Below, in pieces: positions 54,340 to 64,000 of a stretch of DNA of 64,000 nucleotides. Position numbers and translations under genes: made by a program. The stretch is from Lama glama (taxonomy: Eukaryota). How positions within the stretch are numbered: the stretch's first letter is position 1; each line of letters starts with the position of its first letter. Location of the stretch: contig CM052816.1 in assembly GCA_028534125.1 (NCBI GenBank), positions 38,690,001 to 38,754,000 of the forward strand, read 5' to 3'. Below the pieces are notes generated by a model that had not been told where the DNA came from, made no database searches, and was given only the letters and a program-made list of their open reading frames with translations.

Positions 54340-55560
54340 AATATTCAGTACCCTGTTAGCAATGAGCACTCCACCAAGTACAAAGGCTGTGATATCTAAA
54401 TACCATTTCTTACTAAAAGGAACCAATGCTCCTTGGAAAGAGGGCTGACTACAGATCTGTGCAAAATATTTACGAGATGAGTCTAAAACATTTTGTTATG
54501 CCCAAAAGGAAGTAAACTATCAAACACTACAGTAGCCTGGTCAAAAGAACTCAGGATCCTACCTGAGGGAGCTCCCACTGGCCAAAGAAGAAACAACTTG
54601 AGCATTAAAATAATAAATATTATAGAAATATATTAAACATTTTAACACCCATGAGCTGGAAAATATACTTAAAAACTGGAAGGACACAAGGGAACTAACT
54701 CATTCTGAAATGTAGAAAATAAAGGAGAAAATCATACTTTTATCCTACTCTTCCCATTAAAAACTGTACAAATACTAATGAGGTAAAGTTCTTTATTATA
54801 AAAGAATTTCTGTTAGTAAACCTAGAGTGAATGATCAAACTAGAATTCTGCAACTCCTAGTAAAATAACAGACATAGAGAGTAATCATCTCTATGCTAGA
54901 ACTATTAGCTGAGGAGGTAGCAGGAAATTTTATGTTGTTTATCATAAACTTTATCAGGTTGACAACATCTAAACCCAATAACCAAATATAACAGGACAGA
55001 AAGATAACCAGTGTATGCCTCTCGGTGTAATGCAACAAGAAGTAAATAATAGCACCTATGAAGTCTTTTCGGGGGGATCCCCTCAATATGAATAATTCTA
55101 TAGATTTAACTACCAGTTTACACACACACACACACACAAACCAGGGAAAAGGACATCACAGGTGTCCATGCAATTTGCAAAATTCAGAATGTGCAGAATT
55201 CTACAGAGCAGGTGATCATTCTTTAACCAATAAACTGTAATAAAAAGTTAAAGAGCAACCTATAGATTGAAAATTTTCAAATGTAATGTGGAGACTGTTT
55301 AGGTCTTAATTTGAGAATACTGACTGTAAAACACAGAATGAAATTTTCTGCAATTAGATATTCACTGTCTCTTTTATGACATTACAATACTGTTAAAAGT
55401 TTGGGTGTACAAATCATACTGCAGTTCAGTTCTTTTTAAAAGCCATTTATATTTTAGAGATATACCCATAATTCCAAAATGCTTATTCTTAGATACCTGT
55501 CAACAAAATAATATGGTGCCTGGAATTTACTTTAAAAGAATCCAAAGGACTAAGAGAAAG
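54340..55560 (+). mobile_element. Old L1 (L1MC4/L1MC5-like) 3' region with an embedded (CA)n at about 55120-55138
   Basis: gcaatgagcac...tctaaataccattt...ctaaaaggaacca...gctccttgga...aagatgagtct...agctcccactggccaaaga. Confidence 0.65.
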
Positions 55561-56595
55561 ATTATATATTAATCATTGGTTACACTGTTTATTAATAAAG
55601 GTGCATTCCTTAACTAATGTACTTATTTTAAGATATGTTTGAATACAAAGATTGGGTATTCCAGGTGAGTTAACTAAATTTAGTATTTCTGATCTTCTGT
55701 CTCATTATTGAAATTATTAAAGACTGAAGACAACTACTCACAGAAAGATACACAGAACAAAGTTAGAAAAAGTAGTTACAAAAGTGCAATCTCAGTGAGT
55801 TTGTAATAATTTCACTGAGAAAATAAGGAACTTCCAATGCCTAAAATCCGGGCAGGAAGCAATGGATGGTCAACCTTGAGATTCCTTAACTGTTACTTAA
55901 TGCCAAGGAGGCAACTGAGTAAAGAAAAAAATTCCTGCTCTGGGAGTTAGAAAATTACCAAGGCTCAGCTTTGTAATTTCGGACTCACATAACTTCTGTA
56001 GGTTTTGGAGCGTGAAAGTGCGGGAAATTAAATCAACAACAACAATAATTGCATTGTATGTACAAGATGTAGACTTCGCACTGTACAGAGGGCTTTTCAT
56101 ACATTCCCCTATTTACACGTCACAACAATCCAAGGTGGTGTTGTGGCGGATTGACTCATAAGTTTCAAAGGACTACTGAACGAGGCCGGCATCAGTACAT
56201 GGTACCATTTCCCATATGAGGAGACTGAGGTTCAGAAGCCAACAACTTGTTTAAGGTCATATACTGGAATGACTTAGTCCAGCCAACATTCCAGGTTTAT
56301 TTAATATGAAACGATGCTTTGAACACTCCAATGCATTGGACTATATCCTTAAGATGCTCGTGGAGACTGGGTGTGAAATTCTGGAAAACTTAAAGACCGT
56401 TTCCACAGACCTAGAGTTTTTCTTCGCTCTACACATCTCGGTCCCACACGGAAAAAAAAAAAAGACAAAAATAATAGAACAACTCTTCACTCACCGCCAG
56501 GAAGCCGATACTCGCAGCTAGGACCTTCTGCCCTGGCTCCCCAACGCCTCCACCCGCAAGCCCTCAGCCTTCTCGAATCTCACATTGTGACGTTT

Positions 56596-56616
56596 AAACT
56601 ACATCTCCCATAAAGC
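56596..56616 (+). promoter_or_regulatory. ZNF143 (Staf)/THAP11 SBS motif
   Basis: AAACTACATCTCCCATAAAGC matches RRACTACAnnTCCCAnAAnGC. Nearby are CRE-like TGACGT (56588-56593) and ETS/GABP CCGGAAG (56640-56646). Confidence 0.75.
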
Positions 56617-56644
56617 CGTGCGAGGACACCGAGCCCTCGCCGGA

Positions 56645-56741
56645 AGACCGAAAGGCTCCATCCGGCACCCAGAAGAGTGACTGCGGGGTTTTCCCGGTCC
56701 TTCGACTACGTCCTGGTTTCCTCTGCTCTGCTCGTCTTTGG
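56645..56741 (+). other. NUDT12: NUDT12 non-coding exon 1 (5' UTR); start approximate
   Basis: Lies inside the CpG island just downstream of the ZNF143/ETS motifs, has no ATG, and ends at donor TTTGG|gttagt (56742). It resembles my recollection of the human 5' UTR ending ...CCTTTGG. A second possible donor is CTG|gtaacg at 56794. Confidence 0.65.
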
Positions 56742-58504
56742 GTTAGTAGCAGCAGCGGCGAGTCAGTCGGCCCCAGTGCGCTCTCCGGGGCTGGTAACGA
56801 GCTCTCCGCGCTCTCGGCTCTCCGCGCCGTCTCGGCTGGCCCTGCCGGGCGGTGCGGCGCAGCCTCGCTCCGGGGTGCAGGTGCAGGAGCGGGAGCCTTG
56901 GCCTTGCAGTCCGGGCTCCCGGGATGGGACAGGGGCCGCAGCCGGGCCTGCCCATGGTGGTGTTTCCAGCCCAGTCTTTGAGGTGGGGAAGAAGTGCTGC
57001 TTCGGATCTGGTTTCACGTTTAAGAAGAGAACTCTCACAGTAGTGGCAAGAAAATAAACTCTCAAGGCATTTGTTCGGAGAGGTTGGAGAGACCATGCAT
57101 GGGTAGCGCTTGAATCGGCTATGTGGCCCTCTTGAATGCGGAAGGAAGTGGAGTTCGTTGAATAATGGTCGTTAAATAGTAATGACTTAAGTGACAGAGC
57201 TGTATTTGAGGTCTGCCCCGTCTCTTGAGCCATGTGACCTTTGGCCAGTCGTAGGCCCCAGGTTACCCATCGGTAAAAGTGGATATTGGTTGGGTTAAAA
57301 TCTGAGACCTTTTAAACCTAAAATTCCTTAAAAAGACCTCTCAGGATAGTTCATGCCCTTCTTGCAAAGCAAGGGCAACACTGAGCTCACTGAATCACTT
57401 CATCCTGCCTTCACATCCTTATCCTTACCTTGAGGAGAACCTGACAATGAGAAATGAAAAAGTAAATCAAGCTGTAGAACTGGACTTTAGACTTTGTGTG
57501 CTCTTCTGGAATGAGTAATGGTTCTGTTTTGAGATGGCTTTTCTGCCGAGAAAGCTAAGGCAGAAAATGTACATTTTTCCACTTATTTTCTCCTGAGAAT
57601 ACTGTATGCATAAGCATTGCATTGGGGGTGGTGAATGTTACTATACTTTTGGAGGCCAGTTTTGCAGTCAACCCAGAGTGAGTGACCTGTGGAGAAAGTG
57701 AAGAAGTGGCCATGACTTAAATATTACTTAAAGTAAACCTAGGTGAAGAACCTGTATGATGTGATTTTAATTTCATAAATGTAAGGAAAAGGCAACTTCG
57801 AAGGGAGACTGTAAATGGGTCAGTGTACAGCATTGCAAAATAAAATCCTGAAAAGTTGTAGCTTTTGTTATTCATAATGTGTTTAAAGCATGGTGAGGTA
57901 AGTTATAGAATAAATCAAAAGTAATAAAAACTTGTTATCTAATTGAGAAGTCATTCCTCCTAATTAAAGTTGAATACAGATTTTCAGCATTTTGTTTCCA
58001 TTCCTGTGCATAGTTTTGACCTATTTACAGGCAGCAGAAAGATATAAACAGGAAAGGTGAACAGACACAAAAAAAGAAAGTTAACCTCTAACCCATTTTT
58101 TCCTTTAGATTTGGTTATGCTACTCCTACTACAAATTGATCATCCAAATTGCAGTGTTAGAACCCTAGAGACAACTGCTGTCAGAAATTATGGATTCTAA
58201 CCTGTCTTTCTTTTTAGCCTCAATATCTTATGCTCAGAATGGTAGAAGCCTAGTTAGAATCCCAAATCTTTTCTTAATATCATTTCATAGAAAAAAATCA
58301 TACCTTCAAAAAAAGTACTTTGAGAAGTTTATAGACAACTGAAATATGAACCATTTCCACAAAAAAAAAAACTCAGTTTGTGCCCTATCACATTCAATCC
58401 ATGATTAGGCAACATTTATTAAAGGTATAGAACAATTATTTTCTACATTTTTTTTTCGTACTGAAACAACAGAATGCCAAAGCAGGCAAAGTTAATTGTT
58501 TAAA

Positions 58505-58760
58505 AAGCTTCTGTGATTCAAGGATCAACAGAACAGTGTCCAGTAACAGATCCAAAATACACAGTTATCTGATTTATGACAAGGATAATACTGCAATGCA
58601 GGGGGACAAAGATGGTGATTTTAAGAATAATGCTGAGTCAAATGGATTATCCACTGGATAAAAATGTATCTTGACCCCTACCTCACACCATGAGCAAAAA
58701 TCAATCCCTGTTGGATTGCAAAATTAATAGTGCAAGTTAAAGCAATAAATTGTTTTCTTA
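58505..58760 (+). mobile_element. Ancient L1 (L1ME-like) ORF2 fragment in NUDT12 intron 1
   Basis: ctgatttatgacaagg...tgcaatgcaggg...cttgacccctacctcacacca...caaaaatcaatccc. Confidence 0.65.
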
Positions 58761-59245
58761 TAAAACTTAGCTTTTGAATAATTAGCTATAGGATCATAAT
58801 TTCCCTGAGAGGACAGACCTGTTTCTCGTACCACAGAATCTGAGAGAATTCTACTTGTCATCTGCTAAAAACACCTGCCTTTATTTCTGTCTGCTTTAAC
58901 TCCCCTCATGCCCTAATCCATGTTGAAGTCCCTCTGGTCTATTTTTCCTCTTTGTAGTATCTATCACTTGACATCCCCTCCTAATGATGTCACCCTGTTC
59001 AGCTATATTGCCAAAGTTCTGTATATGTTATTTTATACATCCCCTCATGTTGAATTTTAATTTAAAATTCTCAACTGATAACAGTTTTGAAATGTATGCT
59101 ATGATAACAGTTAACTACTAATTTTTTAGAGTATATTGTTTTAGAAACCATAACTAGTATTATATCAGCACTCTGATAATGTTTAATCATTGATACAAAA
59201 AAGCAATTGCAAATAGTTTTTCTTATTTTCCTTTTTTAAGATAAA

Positions 59246-59451
59246 ATGTCTTCTGTACAAAGAAGTCCAAAGCAAGAAATAATTTCCCAATTTCACTATT
59301 CAGCTGCAGAAGGAGATATTGCCAGGTTAACAGTGATACTCAGTCATTCTCCATCTCTTCTCAATGAAACTTCTGAAAATGGCTGGACTGCTTTAATGTA
59401 TGCTGCAAGAAATGGGCACCCAGATGTTGTCCAATTTCTACTTGAGAAAGG
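59246..59451 (+). CDS. NUDT12: NUDT12 first coding exon (exon 2; exon begins 59241, ATG at 59246), N-terminal ankyrin repeats
   Basis: Acceptor tttccttttttaag ends at 59240. Translation MSSVQRSPKQEIISQFHYSAAEGDIARL...NGWTALMYAARNGHPDVVQFLLEKG matches the mammalian NUDT12 N-terminus with an ankyrin motif (GWTALMYAARNGH). Donor GG|gtaaat; 206 coding nt, phase 2. Confidence 0.97.
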
Positions 59452-59947
59452 GTAAATGTTTCATGCTATACCACGTGAAGGGATGTCTGGTTTAATTTGG
59501 GGGTTACATTTTTTTCTTTTAAATTTTTCTTACAGCCATATTTACATCATTGGGCTTGTAAATTACTCATTGAACGGTCTTGTTATTGCATAATATCTAA
59601 TTAAAACTTAATTGTTATTGAGGAATTAACTCTTCATACTTAATACAAAGAAACTTATGAGTCAGTCTGATTTTTTCTTTCAAATGCAAAACACAAGTCT
59701 ACCCACTATGACTACTAAAAACTCGTAAAAATGTAGTCTCTCCTTACAGCATGTGAACCTTACTCTTTTTTATTTTATAAGTAATCTTCCAGGAATTTTA
59801 AATATCTACTGTGTCTAACTTTTAATCATTTATGATTATTTCTTTTCACTTTCCATTAGTCTGTTATGTGCTAAAAGGAAAAAAAAACCATGTAATTATT
59901 AAACAGAGAGGCTATCGTGTACATCTGGGAATATTTTATTGTAATAA

Positions 59948-60595
<648 letters not shown>

Positions 60596-60829
60596 TGAAC
60601 AGTGTTTACTTGTATTGGTAATAATCTGGTTTTTGGAACTGGATTAGAATTATATGAATCTACAGTTTCTAAGAGGCACATTTTCCCAGTAAGCAATGAA
60701 ATTAGGCTGTCTTCGTTAGAAACGTCCTAAAGTTCTCACCCCAGGCGACTGCTCTCCTAGGAGGGTATGGCAGTTTTCATCAGCCAAGATTAGTTTCCCC
60801 AGAATTAACCCTAATGCATACTGGTTTCA

Positions 60830-62025
60830 TTTAATTTTTCAATGAACGAGTATTGAGCGCCTGGTATACACTGAGCATGATGGCCAAGACCTTGACTCTT
60901 CTGCTTTGTTTTCTGTTGCTGGTTATGCTAGTTCATGTCAGGTCTTATATACCATGGTAAGGAATGAGGAGTTTTATTCTAAATTCCATTTAAATGTTGT
61001 GACCTGGCCTATGTTTAAAAAACAAAATGACAAAAAAAAAAAACCTTTACTCTGCCTGCTTTGTAGATGATAATTTATAGGCAATTAAGTATAGAAGTTA
61101 GTTTTGTTAAGAGGGGACTGGAGATTACAGTAGGCAAGGTAAGAGACTGCAGTGGCTTGGATTAGTGGAGTAGAGAAAAAGGGAGAGTTTGAGATGTTCT
61201 GGAGACCGAACTGATAGGGCTTAATCAGTAGGTTGAGATTGTTATTAATGAGAGGGAGATGATAGTTCCCTGGACCACAGCCTGAGTTGTTAGGGGGGTA
61301 ATAGTGGAGGAAAAGGGGTACATTCAAGATAGATTCTGGAGGGAAAATCAGCAGTACTGGCTAATGGATTGGGTGTGGAGAGCATAATAATGAAGGAAAA
61401 GATCAAGAATGACTGCAAGGTTTGAGGCTTTAGTAATTTAGTAGATAGTGATACTATTCCTTGTTAGTGCGATGGGTAGAGCAAGGGATGCAGGACAGAC
61501 CTGAAGTAAATAAATGAAGATTTTAGTTTTGGGAATGTTAAGTTTCAGGGAAGGAAAATAGAATCTGGAACAAAGACGAGAGGAACTGGAAAGTTACCCT
61601 ATGGGAATATCAACACAAATGAGGTTTTTAAATCTCAGGAAACTACTGAGATTATTTAGAGAGTTGAGAGCAAGCATGAAAGAGAACCTCAGAATCATTT
61701 ACCTGAATCCCCCAAAATACAGAGGTCAGATGGAATGAGAGGATCCATCAAGGATGATGTTGATGAAGCGGCAGTAAGGTAAGAAAAAACAGGAGAATGT
61801 GCTCATGGAAACTAAAAGAGCCAAGTATTTCTTCGAGGTAGACATCAAATATATTGAATGCTAATGAGAATCTGAGTAAGATGAAGGCAGAGGGTTTATT
61901 TTTAAAGGATCTTTGGTTTCATAACATAAAGCTGTTGATGAATTTGACAAGAGGAATGTCAGTGGAGTAGAAGGAATGGAAGGCATACTATGGTAGTTGA
62001 AGAGTTAAGTGGAGGTGAGGGAGGG
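60830..62025 (-). mobile_element. L2 fragments in NUDT12 intron 3
   Basis: aacgagtattgagcgcctgg...; gatcaagaatgactgcaaggttt...; tttagttttgggaatgttaagttt. Confidence 0.65.
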
Positions 62026-62249
62026 ACCACTTGTGAGCGTCCACCTTCCCCTAGGTGATGCTGTAAGCTCTTCAGAGACTGCTTAGACACCCTCCCGCAA
62101 ATCAGAAGTGCTATGTTTTATTCTCCAAATCTGTAGAAAAACCACTGCACTTTTTAAAAGAAAATGTATCTTTTCTTTGAAACTGTATATATAATTTTAA
62201 GATCAAAAGGATATTTTAAAAAAAACTAGTAAGGTAAGTAAGGCACTTT

Positions 62250-62440
62250 TACTCAACTGCTGTGTAACCTTACACTGATACTTAACCTGTGTCTGCCTCA
62301 GTTTCCTCTTCCCAGAAATGAGGATAGTAATAGTATCTACATTATAGTGTTGCTCTAAACATTAAATAAGATTACGTATGTAAAGATCTTTGCGTGGTGC
62401 TTGACACACAGTAAATACTCAGTAAATGTTAGCTTTTCTT
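62250..62440 (+). mobile_element. MIR in NUDT12 intron 3
   Basis: ctgtgtaacctt...acttaacctgtgtctgcctcagtttcctc...aaatgaggatagtaatagtatctac...gtgcttgacacacagtaaatactcagtaaatgttagct. Confidence 0.8.
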
Positions 62441-63047
62441 AATGTAATGATACTGAAATAATGGCAATAACTTAAGGTAAATTATATATTACAAACTAAT
62501 ATAGCAAGCAAATACTTAACGTTGCCTATGGTTCATTGAATTTCAGTGTTACCTTTTTTTTGTATTCTTTTTTTAACATTTGGTTTTATTTATGGTTTAT
62601 TACTTTCATTTTTCCAAGCTTAGAACATTGTTATTGCTGTTTATGATTATTTTATCTATTTCAAAATCCTTAGACCAAGTAATGTATTTTAGGGGAGAAC
62701 ATGTTTGTTAGGCATTTGAAATGCAGCATTTCTACTCTTACTGCCCCAAATATGATATTTTTGGTCAGGTCATACTAAATCTTTTTTGAAGTATCAGGGT
62801 AAAGGCTATAGATAAAGTATATTAGGCATTTTTTTCATAAACAAAGTTAATCAGTAAAGTTGTAAACACAATATTTTTTAAAATATTTTGTATAGTTTCT
62901 AGTTGTAAAAGGCTGTGTTCTACAGTGACACACTGGTATTGTCTTAGTCACCAAGGAAAGCAGAGATGAGTTCCTACAGTTTTCTAGTATTGTTTCCTTT
63001 ATAGTCTGAGTCTAAGTTAGGAACTGTCTTTGTAGTGAATTTTTATA

Positions 63048-63086
63048 AAAGTCACTATTGTAAAGTCACTACTTGTAAAGTCACTA
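63048..63086. repeat. Short tandem repeat, three copies of AAAGTCACTA (14-15 bp period)
   Basis: Copies at 63048, 63062 and 63077. Confidence 0.85.
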
Positions 63087-63423
63087 TACACTAGAATCAT
63101 GTGGATCCAAAATTTTTAAATCACCTATAATAAAAGCCTAAGCTAATACAGTGTATACTACTATACAGTGCATACTAATGTTAGCACATCTATCTTACAT
63201 GAGAGTTATATTTTATTAGTCCGAATTAAAGGTAAGTCTAATTTTCATTTGTCATCCGTAGAATTAAATCGGATACTTTAAAAGAAAGATACACATCATA
63301 AAAATAGGAATACTAAAACCCTTGATTGCACAGCTGTTCAGAAAGTACAGTGTAATGGCTTTATTATGCCTTAGGAACGTTTTACTTATATATTAATTTC
63401 TTTACAATTTGTCACAGGATTAA

Positions 63424-63663
<240 letters not shown>

Positions 63664-64000
63664 TAAGACATTCTGGAAAGATAAGATTTTGAGTTGCTGA
63701 GGGGTTTACTTTTTATTAGAAGCATGTTTACTTTAACCATTAAGACTATAAGTATTAAAATATTACATACTTTGATGACTTTTAGGTAAAGGACATTCTA
63801 CATAACTAGCCATTTCTAAACTCTGGGCTAATCAGTATGATTTTGATGTGTTGAGATATATGATTTCCAAAGCCTACCATCTGGGTCCACTTAATGGAGA
63901 AAAAGAAGGGAAAAAAGAAAAAACAAAAGCCCCAACAACCCAGTGCCTGTTTGTGGCATCACCAAAGCCAGGACAGCCTAGAGCTGGCTCCTCATTACTG

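Larger units (their letters stand above)
56470..57010. promoter_or_regulatory. CpG island / TATA-less promoter of NUDT12
   Basis: Abrupt GC- and CpG-rich stretch in otherwise CpG-depleted AT-rich DNA, about 2.5 kb upstream of the first coding exon. Confidence 0.9.

Noticed and set aside
56677..57233. Overlapping ORFs of 63-156 aa on both strands in the CpG island
   Set aside because: Stop-poor GC-rich DNA produces such ORFs. They are Ala/Pro/Gly/Arg-rich with no recognisable domain and overlap NUDT12 exon 1 and intron 1.
62231..62239. Perfect AAG|GTAAGT donor in NUDT12 intron 3
   Set aside because: No convincing paired acceptor defining a sensible exon was found; such 9-mers recur by chance (another at 718-726).
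63048..63086. Short direct repeats as a CRISPR-like array
   Set aside because: 10-bp units with 4-5 bp spacers in a mammalian intron, with no cas genes; simple slippage repeat.

Overview
Mammalian genomic DNA, AT-rich and repeat-dense. It is most likely camelid, judging from a tRNA-Ala-derived Vic-1-type SINE and the absence of recognisable Alu, B1, BovB or CHR SINEs. The only protein-coding gene is the 5' two-thirds of NUDT12 (NAD-capped RNA / NADH pyrophosphatase) on the + strand. It has a CpG-island promoter at about 56.5-57.0 kb, a non-coding exon 1, and coding exons at 59246-59451, 59998-60587 and 63449-63616. These splice in frame to codons 1-321 (ankyrin repeats, NudC-like N-terminal region and a four-Cys zinc ribbon); the Nudix box lies beyond the window. 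The ~56 kb upstream has no recognisable coding exons. It holds L1 relics of different ages, L2, MIR, MaLR/ERVL LTRs, hAT DNA-transposon remnants, microsatellites and a 500-N assembly gap. I found no convincing new biological system. The most interesting observations are modest: a bidirectional-promoter signature (ZNF143 site plus a perfect antisense splice donor), a candidate in-frame 12-nt microexon and alternative splice sites in NUDT12, the same 5-bp RT-motif frameshift in two separate L1 copies, a three-level L2/MLT1/L1 nesting, an internally deleted L1, a perfect 31-bp AT-rich inverted repeat, and a few candidate regulatory motifs. Repeat family names come from recalled consensus sequences and their boundaries are approximate.
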